A stretch of DNA of 64,000 bases from Octopus vulgaris (lineage: Eukaryota): contig OX597821.1 of NCBI GenBank assembly GCA_951406725.2, forward strand, positions 33,728,001 through 33,792,000. The letters are read 5' to 3'. The notes under the pieces were generated by a model. The model did no database searches. It was given only the letters and a program-made list of their open reading frames with translations, and had not been told where the DNA came from. A program made the position numbers and the translations under genes. This document shows, piece after piece, positions 41,205 to 53,325 of this stretch. How positions within the stretch are numbered: position 1 is the first letter of the stretch; the number at the start of each line of letters is the position of its first letter.

Positions 41205-41567
41205 TTGAAATCAAAATCGATCAAAAATCAATGGAAATTGTAGTTGTGATACCAGTGCCAGTGGCATGTAAAAGAACCATCTAAATGTGGCCGTTGCCAG
41301 CGCCGCCTCGACTGGCCTCCGTGCCAGTGGCATGTAAAAAGCACCAACCGATCGTGGCCATTGCCAGCCTTGCCTGGTACCTGTGCCAGTGGCACATAAA
41401 AAGCACCCACTACACTCACGGAGTGGTTGGGGTTAGGAAGGGCATCCAGCTGTAAAAACACTACCAGGTCAGACTGGACCTGGTGCAGCCTCCTGGCTTC
41501 CCAGACCCCGGTCGAACTGTCCAACCCATGCTAGCATGGAAAGTGGACGTTAAATGATGATGATGAT
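41205..41567 (+). mobile_element. Family A retroposon (SINE or LINE-tail-like) with internal ~45-bp tandem modules and (GAT)n tail; copies e.g. ~401-790, 11577-11862, 27060-27520, 30700-30997, 32420-32864, 37275-37745, 45834-46120, 62477-62882
   Basis: Shared 'ggaagggcatccagctgtagaaa...aacccatgctagcatggaaagcggacgttaaa-(gat)n' with a variable number of 'gccagtggcacgtaaaaagcacc' repeats. Confidence 0.8.
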
Positions 41568-42169
41568 TATATATATATAGAGAGAGTACAGTTCTGTGAG
41601 GGTAAGATCAACAAAAACAAAAATATATTAATTGAAAGAAAATGATGTGGAAAGGGCCCTTGCCCTGGTAGTCAGTGTTTCCCACTTCTGAATTACTCAT
41701 CGTTAGAATTTATTTTCCCTTGTTTTTCAATATTTTATATGCCTCTTTATGTAACCCACATTGTATTGTCTAGTACTGTCCCCAATGTTTTTTTTGTTTT
41801 GTAAATCCTTAATGGTGAAGAAAGAAAACATCTTCATCATCATCATCATTATTATTATTATTATTATTTGTAGTAGTAGTGTTCCACTAAGGTTTACTTT
41901 GCCTTTCAGGGTAGTTAAATTAAGAAGCACTCTGCCGGTAACGACAATGAGGGTTCCGGTTGATCCGAATCAATGGAACAGCCTGCTCGTAAAATTAATG
42001 TGTAAGTGGCTGAGCACTCCACAGACACGTGTACCCTTAACGTAGTTCTCGGGGATATTCAGCGTGACACAGAGAGTGACAAGGCCAGCCCCTTGAAATA
42101 CAGGTACAACAGAAACAGGAAGTAAGAGTGAGAGAAAGTTGTGGTGAAAGAGTACAGAAGGGATCACCA

Positions 42170-42306
42170 CCATCCCCTGCCGGAGCCTCGTGGAGCTTTT
42201 AGGTGTTTTTGCTCAATAAACACTCACAACGCCCGGTCTGGGAATCGAAACCATGATCCTATGACCGCAAGTCCGCTGCCCTAACCACTGGACCATTGCG
42301 CCTCCA
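42170..42306 (-). mobile_element. SINE family D tRNA-derived head; related copies near 15733-16030 (+) and 24635-24778 (-)
   Basis: ggaggcgcaatggtccagtggttagggcagcggact...ggtttcgattccc: A and B boxes followed by a non-tRNA body. Confidence 0.7.
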
Positions 42307-42654
42307 CGCTTGTAGTTAAATAAGTACCAGTTGATCACTGTGGGTTGATGTAAATGATTTACCCTGCCTCCAAAATTGCTGGCTTTTGTGCCAATATTTG
42401 AAACCATTATTATTTATCAGCATCATCATCATCTGATTTGTTATTGATTTATAATTAATTATGGATAGATGTTGTCACACTCCAAGATCAATCAACAATC
42501 GACAAATGCCATATTTCTGTTAGTCTTGGGATTGGTTGCATCAATACTCTGTATATAGTAGTGTGTGTGTGTTCTAGTTTCCATCTACCAAATCTACTCA
42601 CAAGGTTTTTTGTTAGCCCAGGGCTGCAATACTCTGTATACCAATACTGTGTAC

Positions 42655-43333
42655 ATTCACCAAATCTTTTGATCCAGTAGCCTTGAATTCCATCTGGTCC
42701 CAGGGCCTTCCAGTTGCCCATTTTGTTGCTGATTTCTTTCACATCCCTAACTGAAATGACTAGTTCTGCCTGTTTTGGACAGATTTCTGTTTGTTCCATT
42801 TCTTGCAACCATTCAGCATCCTTCTTGTGCTCCTTGTCTTTGCTCCAGATGTTACTCCAAAACCTTTGACTTTTGACGTTATCCGGTATCAACATTTCAT
42901 CTGTACACTCTCCATTTATTTCTTTGTAGAATCTCTTTTGATCTACTCTAAATAATCTATTCTGGTGATAACCCTTCATTCTTTGGTCGTATCTTACTAT
43001 CTTTGCTTTCTTTTCAACGAGGTACTGTTTCAGTTCCTCCATTACCACTTTCAGGCCCTTTCTTTCAATATCATACTTCCTGTTCAGTGCCCTGTATTTT
43101 GTTCATTTTTAAGCTCCCCTTTCTCTTTTTGATCTAACACAGAAAAGTTCTTTGAGAGCATATCTAATCCTGCCCATATTCTTCTTTCCCACTATGGATC
43201 TTTTCTTTTGTCGTTCCCATTATTGTTCTTTTTCTTGACATCAACACCCACAGTTTTTGCTACAACAATACTTGCTGCCTTGATCAAATTATTTGTTTCT
43301 GTGATGTTTTTTGTTCTGATGTATTTTAGAATG

Positions 43334-43335
<2 letters not shown>
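42655..43335 (-). mobile_element. R4/Dong-clade non-LTR retrotransposon fragment (N-terminal/pre-RT region)
   Basis: TNNLIKAASIVV..KDP*W, EELKQ..RY....QNRLF..DQKRFY, FWSNIWS, NWKALGPDGIQGYWIKRF are typical of R4/Dong ORFs. Confidence 0.8.
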
Positions 43336-43372
<37 letters not shown>

Positions 43373-44158
43373 GTCGTCACAATTGCCATCATAATACTAA
43401 TAATAATGATGATAATAATAATAATAATAATAATAATAATATAAGGCAGCAAGTTGGCAGAATTATTTGCATGCCGGACAAAATGCTTAGTGGTGTTTCA
43501 TCTGTTGCTATGTTTGGAGTTCAAATTCTGCTGAGGTCGACATTGCTTTTTATCCTTTCAGGGTTGATAAAATAAGTACCAGTTAAACACTGGAAGTGAT
43601 GTAATCGACTGATTCCCTCCCCAACATTGCAGTCCTTGAAATTATTATTATTATTATTATGTGAAGGGCTGGTAGAATCATTAGCACACTTGATGAAATG
43701 CTTAGCGGTATTTTGCTAAGATGGCGAGCTATAGGTGCCGAGCTATAGGCGGCGAGCTGGCAGAAACGTTAGCACGCGGGGCGAAATGCTTTGCGGTACT
43801 TCGTCTGCGTTACGTTGTGAGTTTAAATTCCGCCGAGGTCGACTTTGCCTTTCATCCTTTCGGGGTCGATAAATTAAGTACCAGTTACGCACTGGGGTCG
43901 ATGTAATCGACTTAATACCTATGTCTGTCCTTGTTTGTCCCCTCTGTGTTTAGCCCCTTGTGGGTAATAAAGAAATAGGTATTTTGCTTATTGCTATATT
44001 CTGAGTTCAAATTCCACCAAAGTCGACTTTACTTTTCATCCATTTGGGCTCGATAAATTAAGTACCAGTGAAACACTGGGGTTGATGTAATCAACTAGTT
44101 CTCTCCCCCAAAATTTCAGGTGTTGTGCCTTTAGTAGAAAAGATTATTATTATTATTA

Positions 44159-44690
44159 TGAAGCTAATACAGGTTAATTCAATTAGCAAGGATTTTATCT
44201 TGAGGTTTGGTGACAAGTCTCCTCAAATCTTAAGAATCTTCGTTAGGACCCTTGTAGACTATAGGATGGTACTTTTTCCACAGGTCGATAATGCAAGTTT
44301 CAACTCCAGTCTCTTTCGGTCTTCATGGTAGCATTTTGGACTTTGTGCCAAGTACACCAACTACTACAGGCGTAATAGTTGTTTTAGTTTTGCATGGTTT
44401 CTTTGACTCTCTTGCTAAATCCTAAGATTTCTCAATTTTTTCAGTCTGTTTGGTATCACCTCTGCTATCATAGGGAATTTCAAAATCATCTTGCAGCACT
44501 CCTAGGTATCTGTATCCTCATTATTCCACAATGATCTAACGATGTAGTTATATGCTAATTTTATACCATCAGAGTTTATCTTCCGGCTTCTCTTCCTAAT
44601 TAGCACTTAATTATCCCCAAACAACTTTCCAGTATCTTTACTGATTACTTTCAATGTTTAGATCAAGAAATCTTGGTCTTTCTCTTTTTT
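44159..44690 (-). mobile_element. Internally deleted R4/Dong 3' fragment (RT end plus restriction-like endonuclease) ending in (TAA)n
   Basis: Manual translation gives GYRYLGVLQD, FEIPYDSR..K..EKIEK..DLARE, TPVVVGVLG, RVLTKIL. The 3' end runs into (TAA)n on its own strand (44143-44158). Confidence 0.7.
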
Positions 44691-47600
44691 TTTTTTTGTA
44701 TATAGTACTCTTAATCTTTTACTTGTTTCAGTCATTTGACTGTGGACATGCTGGAGCACCGCCTTTAGTCGAGCAATTCGACCCCAGGACTTATTCTTTG
44801 TAAGCCTAGGACTTATTCTATCAGTCTCTTAGGTCGAACCGCTAAGTTACGGGGACGTAAACACACCAGCATCGATTGTCAAGCGATGTTGGGAGGACAA
44901 ATACATACACACACATACATTTATATACATGTGTACGATGGGCTTCTTTCAGTTTCCGTCTACCAAATCCACTCACAAGGCTTTGGTCGGCCCGAGGCTA
45001 TAGTAGAAGACACTTGTCCAAGGTGCCACGCAGTGGGACTGAACCCAGAACCATGTGGTTGGTAAGCAAGCTACTTACCACACAACCACTCCTGTGCCTA
45101 TGGTTTGAAGTTCTCAGTATACTTGTCAGAGGGGTTAATGCAATGACAAAGAGAGTAACAGAGAGAGAGATTCTCCCTGGAAAGTGCCCCCGTATATCTT
45201 TACGTTTCCTAGTGATTCATTTGCCCATGTCAGTTCTACTTCTCACACTCTCATTGCTTTTTCCAAAAAGTTGTTTATCTCCTCATCAAATCCAAGCACC
45301 CTCAGACACTCCAAGAGCCACCTGTGTGGTACATTGTTATAAGCCTTCCTGTAATCTATCCATCCAATGGCTAAGGTTGTTGGGTACATTACACAAAGGA
45401 AGATAGGATGGAAATCACTGCTATAGAACTGTGTTATCCAATGTGTCCTTCCTCTTTTTAAGAACTATGTGACACGAGAAGATTTAGTTGCTATTTTTAG
45501 CAAGTCTAATGACCTCAAACGACCTCCCTATAGAATCTTGGATTGAAGTGTGAAGTGGGGTGGCTATTGTTGCTGTAAGTCAGTTCATCTTAAAGTAGAC
45601 CAATGATATACCTTTAAAATATATGACAGAGAGAAATCTAGTACAGGAGATTTGGCTGCCATGTTTAGCATGTTGTTGCTTATCCCTGGGTCAACACTGA
45701 TTGAGAAGACCTACTATCAAAACCATTCCAGCCATGACCATCCTGTCTTTTTTTTGTTTGAGAAATTCTTACTTAATGAGCCATTCTTTTCTTTTAAGAT
45801 GGTACAATGTGCTTTGAAGGAGATTCAGATGTTCATCATCATCATCATCGTCGTTTAACATCCACTTTCCATGCTAGCATGGTTGGACGGTTTGACTGTG
45901 GGCTGGCAAACCAGATGGCTGCACCAAGATCCAGTCTTGATCTGGCAGAGTTTCTACAGCTGGATGCCCTTCCTAATGCCAACCACTCCAAGAGTGTAGT
46001 GGGTGCTTTTACGTGCCACCAGCACAGGGGCCAGTCAGGTGGTACTGGCAACGACTTCGCTTGAATTTTTACACATGGGCCAGTCATGCGGTACTGGCAA
46101 CGACCTCGCTCGAATTTTTTTAGAAAATCAAATGTCCACATATAGACTCTTCCAATGATTTATATCAAATGACTATATAGAGGCTTCTTTGGTGAAATAG
46201 ACACCGAGTTCAATGCTAACCTGAGAATGTGTGTGTGTGTATGTGTGCATGAATATAGCACTTAAAGATGACTGGAAAAGTTACTAAGTGAAAATTACTA
46301 AAGATGCTGGCATACAGTATGAGATTTCCAATCCTGAAAAGGTCACATACACAGTATATTATTGATTGTTTTCTTCCTGAAATTATTGTCTAAGTTAATT
46401 ATCGGTGCTGCTACAGTAAAGGATTTTTTTAAAAACCAGATTAGAGAGGAAAAAGAAAAATGAGCAATGTTCTTCTTTATTAGCCACAAGGACAAGACAG
46501 ACAGTTATTAAAGACTGATAGTAATTAAATATATATATGTGTACACACATACACACGCACACACACACACGCACAAACACATGCACTCACACACATATAT
46601 GTATGTATATATTTAAAAGGATTATGACACAAAAAGAAGAAAAAGGAAATAAAAAGAATAAAGAAGAACAACAAAATCTTTGTGACACAACTTTAATTAA
46701 AGACCAGAAGTAAATTAAATTGATAATTAGAAAACAGGAAAAAATGTCATTCTCCTCCTCATATTCAATACTGCCACCCACACCACCACTGCCGTCACCA
46801 CCACCACCACCACCACTAGCTGCAGCAGTATGACTATTATTATCCTATCATCATAACTACAGCGAGTGTTACCACCATTATTAACTCCCGCTTAACAACT
46901 GTTTTCCATGTTGCTAAGTGTTATTTTTTTGAAATTTATTTTATACATCTAATTTTTGTACACAACAGCATCTCTGGTTACAGGTTTCCAATACAGCAAT
47001 CATTGGTTTGCAGCAACGACAATGGTAAGAGCGACATGGGAGTGTCCATGTAATTCAGGCTGAACAAATACCACAAGAGGTATTTTTGTTTTGAAAGCAC
47101 CAGCTTATTGGATTTCTCACAAATCGTTATATCTTTCCATGAAAGATATAACTATCAACTCACTGTTTAAATATTAATGAAGCTATAAATAACCCTTTCT
47201 ATTATATGCATGGGCCCTGAAATTTGTGGGGGGGGAGCTGGTCAATTACAATGGTACTTATTTCATTGATCCCAAAAGGATGAAAGGTAAAGCTGACCTT
47301 GATAGAATTTGAACTCACCGTGTAAACAGCCAAAAGAAATACTGTTTAAGGCAGCAAGCTGGCAGAAACATTAGCACGCCGGGTGAAATGCGTAGCCGTA
47401 TTTCGTCTGCCGTTACGTTCTGAGTTCAAATTCCGTCACGGTCGACTTTGCCTTTCATCCTTTCAGGGTCGATAAATTAAGTACCAGTTACGCACTGGGG
47501 GCGATGTAATCAACTTAATACCTATGTCTGCCCTTGTTTGTCCCTTCTATGCATACCATTCTCCTCTCTCCATGCTCACCGATGATATCCAAGAGAAAGG

Positions 47601-47704
47601 TAAAGCTGAGTGAACTGGAGCAAGGTAAACTAAAGCAAGACACTCAAAAACACAATACGCAGCCTGGTCCAGGAATTGAACTCACTACCTCATGATCGTG
47701 AGCC

Positions 47705-48250
47705 TGACATGAGCGAAATGATCAACATATTTGATGGAGAAGCAATCACATAGCATCGATTTCTGAAATGATGAAGCCACTCACTACCATTATCCAATGG
47801 AGTTCCTAAAAGACTGTTACTTTTGAGAAGTACATTCTCTACTTTGGCCTCAAGGAAGGAACGAGTCGTAATGCTACTGTAAAACTTAAATAATGCTAAT
47901 GGACTTTACAAAAGCTGAATGGAACAAAAATGTGAATAACCGACTTCCATGAATGCATGATTGAAGGCAACATTGTTATTGAAGGCGAACATTATAGAAA
48001 ACCAAGAATATTGAACCAAGAATTAAACTGAGACCTTCTGACACCACTCTACGAGTGCTTCCACTTTGAGTGACTTTCACAATGACAGTCAACAAATCTG
48101 AATGCCAATCATTCAGTAAAACCAGGTCTGTTCTTTCTGAGTCGTTTTGTGCATGGACAATGGTGTGTGTAGCTCTCAGGGTACAGCAGAGAGAGTGACA
48201 ATATGAAACGAATCACCCAATATGGTGAACGCTATAAGTTTCCAATGTTA
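47705..48250 (+). pseudogene. Decayed Helitron PIF1-like helicase C-terminal region
   Basis: YPMEFL...LKEG..VMLL*NLNNANGL and FPL*VTFTMTVNKSECQSF...HGQ...ALS.RV resemble the Helitron helicase motifs FAMTINKSQGQ / HGQLYVALSRV. Confidence 0.7.
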
Positions 48251-48428
48251 AAAACTTTACAAAACTTTTATATATTATCTAGATATTTAATTCATACACA
48301 TACATACAAATTCATATGTACATGTTTTGGTACTTATTTTATTATTTTGTTATCCTTGTTTTCTGAAACCATCAGCATTAATCAGTGGTAATAATTGCTG
48401 CTGAATAAAGGGGAATCAACACATTCAG

Positions 48429-48498
<70 letters not shown>

Positions 48499-48545
48499 AA
48501 AGAGACGACACTGGAAAAACCAAATGTTACATAATGAACTTCATT

Positions 48546-48626
48546 AGCTTACAGCTGTTTCAGTTACAAGATGTGGTAAACCCTTGGTTGAATACTGGGA
48601 TAACATCATATAGCTTCATCAGAGCC
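48546..48626 (-). ncRNA. Minimal type I hammerhead ribozyme (Penelope/retrozyme type) with intact catalytic core
   Basis: The - strand reads GGCU-CUGAUGA-[AGCUAUAUGAUGU...ACAUCUUGUAACU, long stem II]-GAAA-C-AGCU-G-UA^-AGCU. Stem I is GGCU/AGCU, stem III has a palindromic loop (ACAGCUGU), and the predicted cleavage follows GUA at 48550. Confidence 0.75.
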
Positions 48627-48716
48627 CTGTCTACAAAGTGCACTAAAGGCATTATGAGTGAGAAAGTTTAAGTCGATGGCTATAGAAAGTTCTATCCCAA
48701 GAACCTAAGTGAAATA

Positions 48717-48747
<31 letters not shown>

Positions 48748-48783
48748 TATGTATGTATGTATATATATATGTATGTATGTGTG

Positions 48784-48884
<101 letters not shown>

Positions 48885-49688
48885 GTGTGTATATATATAT
48901 ATATATATACAAGCAAAATGGCCCCCGTCCAATGGATTGAGCTGAGTTGTCAATCTTTTAAACCAAATTTTCTCAAAACAACTTGTCTGACCGTCCGAAA
49001 GGCCTCCCCTTCGAGAAACACTGATATAACCTAAATTTGAGACACCAGCAAAAGAGGAAATAAAGATAGACTTTTTTCTATTCCAAAGAAAAACGATTTT
49101 ATTCACACAAATATGCAACCGAAGAATTTAAAGTACCAGTAATGATAAGGCTGTTGACAGGGAGAACACAAACATGGTTTAAACAGTAAGCTTGGCAGGA
49201 AAGAAACGTGCCTTTAAGTAGTACAAAAACAACAAAAAATGGAAGGTGCAGTTATGTACAAGTTGATGGAAGAAAAGCAGGACAAAAATGATGCATGCAA
49301 ATGGGCAAGCTGGAGGTAAATCTAGATGGAAAAGCACGATTTTTTTGCGCAAACTGCACGTGCATTTTTCTCGTGTACACGTAGTATCAATCACAACAGC
49401 AGATGTACTTGCACGTACAAATGCACGTTCCCACGGCTTTATCGATCGCATTCTCACCTGGAATCGATTTTTGTAATTTTTTCAAAACTTATATACATGC
49501 CTTGATACTGTCGGTATCTACATATCGAATTTGAGCTCAATCGGATGGATGATGCCCGAGATCCTAGAAAACACACACACACACAGACAGACAGAACGGA
49601 TTTTATATAATAGATACATATATCTTTCAGTCTTTGCCTTTCCTTTATTTCTATGTATATATATTCTGTAAATCAAACTCATTGTCTT

Positions 49689-49719
<31 letters not shown>

Positions 49720-50231
49720 ATATATATGCATACATATATATCCTATTATAAATTTGAGTGATGTTTGTTAACTCCTCCTTGACTGTTGGTGCAAGGACAA
49801 TGAAACTCAAACCAACAACTCCCCTAATCCCAAGGAATGTCCTAAGGGGGCCTATTTTTTTTTTAACACAATGGGAAGCCCAAATGGCAGGAAGGAATCA
49901 GACAACTAAATACATGGTATTGGTGACCAAACTAGAGCAATGATAATGAATTTCATCCCATGAACACCCAAGGGGTATAGTAAGAAGGTTCAAATTCTGA
50001 AAAGCTGCTCAAATGGGACCCCACTGATCTCCCTATTTTTACTGCATTTACCTCGCTCCTACACTTATTTATTAAACTATGATCAGCATCATTGTTTTGC
50101 ACATTTGCAGAAATAAGCTTGGGTATTCTAAATACCTTCACATACATTCAAATCGAGATAAAGAGTTATAACAGGTATGTTTCAAGTGTAGTAGTGTGGA
50201 TATTTATATTCTGTAGTTTATGAAATTTATG

Positions 50232-50530
50232 TATATAAAATACAAAATGGAACAAGAACACAAAACATCCAGACAACTAGGTGATGCAAAAAGGGACAAC
50301 AAAACATCTAGATAGACGATACAAAAAAAACACAACAATGGGTGATTAATCTTATAGATTAATCAACCAAAATTGCGAGGATGGTCCGGTTCTTGACTGA
50401 GGATAGAAAGCTTTGACTGACCCGTCCTTGTGTTTTTTTGTATTGTCTATCTGGATGATTTGTTGTCCCTTTTTGTATCACCTAGTTGTCCGGATGTTTT
50501 GCGTTCTTGTCCCATTTTGTATTATATATA
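50232..50530. repeat. Fold-back element with ~110-bp inverted arms
   Basis: 50232-50343 vs 50420-50530 are reverse complements. The spacer holds a small hairpin (gattaatct tat agattaatc) and CTGAGGA. TA-rich flanks. Confidence 0.8.
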
Positions 50531-50659
50531 TATATAGCGGCATACGTACACTCACCGGTAAAATTTCCACTTATTTCTTATTTTTATTTTCCTAAAATTT
50601 TCGTTGTGTCTTGCAACCTTTTCAATAGTCTTATCTCTGTCCGTTATTTACACTGCGTT

Positions 50660-51075
50660 CCTTTTTGTTTGTTTGTGCGCATGTGTGTGAGTCAGTGTGT
50701 GTGTGTGTGCCTATGCATGCATGCATGTACATATGCATGTATGTGTGTATGTATGCATATGCATATGTATATATTTATGTATGTGTGTGCATCTGTATAT
50801 ATTCTGCATATTCATGTGCTTGCATGTCTGTATTTGTGTATTTTCTATGTATGTGTACGTGTGTGAGCGTGTGTTTGGATATGTATGCACCTCTGTCTCC
50901 TTGTGTGTGCATGTCTGTGTGTGTGTGTGTGTTTTGCAACTATGTACCACGTTTGTATGTATGGATGTGCATCTCTATATGTGTGGACCTGTGTCTCCAT
51001 ATGCGCCCTTGTGTGGAGTAAAGTGTGTGTGTGTATATGGTCATGTGTTTCAGTCTCCATTTGCGTATGTGTGCT
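50660..51075. repeat. Degenerate (TG)n-rich low-complexity tract
   Basis: Interrupted tg/tatg repeats. Confidence 0.85.
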
Positions 51076-51282
51076 TGTTTGTTCTTATAACCTATGTACC
51101 TAACCGTCTGTATGTTGATCTGTTTATATTCATATCCATATGCTTACATACAAAAAAAAAATGTGCATACACACCCACTTGCATCCACCCACACACATAC
51201 ATACATACATCTATCTACATAACAGCCCACTAACTATTCTACTCTACCTGTGTAAACTGTGGGTATGGAGTTATGATATCTA

Positions 51283-51659
51283 CTATGTATATTTCCTATT
51301 TAGTATTGGGGAAGTTTCATTTATAAGGACGTACTCCTGTATTTGTCTGAGTGTTGGGTCTTTTGGGTGCTTGGATAAGATGCGGATGTCAAGTTGACCC
51401 AAGTTGCCTCCATGGTGGTCTTTGGCATGTTGGTAGAGTATGGAGGACTGTTTTTTGTCGTCATATTATCTCAAATGTTCATTTATCCGTTCCACAATGC
51501 TCCTAGATGTTTCCCCTATGTAATGTTCATGTCTTTACAAGCACCTTCTATGCATCTTATGCTGTAAACTACATTTCGAGATCTACAGTTAATGCCAGGG
51601 CTAATCCTACATACCATGCAGTTATCATTGGTGCATTTGGTATTCTCAAAGGGGTATGT
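51283..51659 (-). pseudogene. Degenerate GIY-YIG endonuclease of a Penelope-like retroelement (not in the ORF track)
   Basis: Manual translation of the - strand: TYPFENTKCTNDNCMVCRISPGINCRSRNVVYSIRCIEGAC.. / HYIGETSRSIVERINEHLR*YDDKKQSSILYQHAKDHH...RQIQEYVLINETSPILNRKYT*. One frameshift and one internal stop. Confidence 0.85.
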
Positions 51660-51792
51660 CCTACATAGTGTGTGATCTGACGGATTTATATATTATAAAG
51701 TTAATCCAAACATGAAAACACAAAGAGAAAACACAACAACGTGAGGACGTGGAACAAGTTTAGTATTATTGGACGCTCAGGAAAGAAGGAAG

Positions 51793-51827
51793 GTTTAATG
51801 TTTCAAGTGGAGCTCTTTGTCAGAAAC
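51793..51827 (-). ncRNA. Degenerate minimal hammerhead ribozyme upstream of the GIY-YIG remnant
   Basis: The - strand reads GUUU-CUGACAA-AGAGCUCCACUU-GAAACAUUA-AAC. Reversing CpG-type transitions restores GUUU CUGACGA AGAGC UCC GCUC GAAACGUUA AAC. Confidence 0.5.
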
Positions 51828-51929
51828 ATAGGAAAATGAAAGATCCAATGGTACACACGTGGTCTATATATATACATACACACATACATATATTTTATAT
51901 ATACATACATACTTATATGTATCAGGGGA

Positions 51930-52780
51930 ATATAATCCAGGTCTGCTAAATGTGGGCTGCACACCCATCGAAAACACTCATCCTGGTTAGGAAAACTTTC
52001 AAGAAAACCATTGGATCTGCCTCAAACAATGTCAGATTTTCCCATGATGTGATCAGCCTGATACGGTTTTGATGAGGTGTCAGACCCACTAAGCAGAAAC
52101 TTTTGTCATGCCTGGTTCACTCTGCAGAATATTCTCAGCCATCTCATGGGATATTCTAATAACATTGGCTATTTGATTTATAGTCCATTACCTGTCATCC
52201 ATTACCATGTGGTGAACATGCTCAATCAGTGGTGGCAGTTGCAGGACGTCCAAACCCTGGGTCATCTTAACCCTTTCGTTATTGTATTTATTTTGAGATG
52301 CTTTGTGTTTCTTTCAATTAATTTTAAATATAACAAAGAATTTAGTAAAATAACTTGGTTACCATTCAGCTAGTGTTTGGGACATAAATTGTGACTAAGG
52401 TTTGGTGGAAGATTTTAATTCAAAACTTATGAAAACAAGACATTTGTACCACAGAGCCAGAGCCGGTTTCAGCCGGGTTGGTAACGAAAGGGTTAAAGAT
52501 GGAGCATAATCCCCTAATGTAGTAACCATGTCAGCATGCATGTCTTTGGTGGCTAAGCCCTTTTTCTGCAGGTACTTGATAACACTATGATGCCAAATTT
52601 TGTCCATTTTCAAGAGAAGTCATGACTAGTTACTTTTGAAGTCTCCTTTGATTGATCAGATGTGGGTTTGCCTGGAAACAAGCCACACAGTTATTAAATA
52701 AGAGTTGAACGTAATGCATTTCACAGTTTTAACATCACTCCTTCATTGTCAGCCTATGAATTTTTCACCCTACCCTCGTA
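51930..52780 (-). mobile_element. Degenerate mariner element interrupted by a TTAA MITE; left boundary approximate
   Basis: TACGAGGG-type end at 52780; MDKIWHHSVIKYLQKKGLATKDMHADMVTTLGDYAPS HTH region. Confidence 0.7.
52267..52496. mobile_element. piggyBac-like MITE (TTAA target, CCC termini); related copies near 14213-14440, 30051-30279, 36727-36952
   Basis: ttaaCCCTTTCGTTA...TAACGAAAGGGttaa. Confidence 0.75.
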
Positions 52781-53325
52781 TGTGAATGTGTGTGTGTGTG
52801 TGTGTGTGTTTATGCGTATGTTGTTAAGTCTTACAAGTTAGTATCTGACGAAAATAAGTACCAATTTGAGATAAGTAATGATGCTGATGAGATCAACTAA
52901 AGCCATAGAATGTGCTGCCCCAGCACAACCATCATCCCATGACTGCAAAACAATAAAAGGATATAAGTGTCATAAAAATCATTTGCAACCATCTATGTAG
53001 ATCAAATCAATTCAATATATTCCTCATTAGTAATGTGAAGGAATTCTCAATTATTCTAGAAATGAACTGACTCAATGGACTAAATTAATTATTCTATTAT
53101 AAAGGAAAGACCAGATTTGCTTTTAGCACTTTCTCTCTTGACTAGTGTTACATGCAGTCTTGTGATAATAGAGGAAGCCATTCATGAGATTTCACCAACA
53201 TTGCTGGTTTTTGTTGTATGAATGTAGTTATTTGTGCGCTTTCTGTGCTACAGGATGTTATATTGTTACTTAGTTTTATGTTGAATGAAGCCTTTGGATA
53301 AGGTCTCTCAATTGCATAACAATAT

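Noticed and set aside
42230-42306. Possible tRNA gene
   Set aside because: tRNA-like head continues into a repeated SINE body; no clean acceptor stem or terminator; several diverged copies.
31400-46460. Minus-strand acceptor-like sites (~31510, ~46411) hinting at an antisense spliced transcript
   Set aside because: No coding frame or matching donors, and polypyrimidine-AG motifs are common by chance in AT-rich DNA; needs RNA data.
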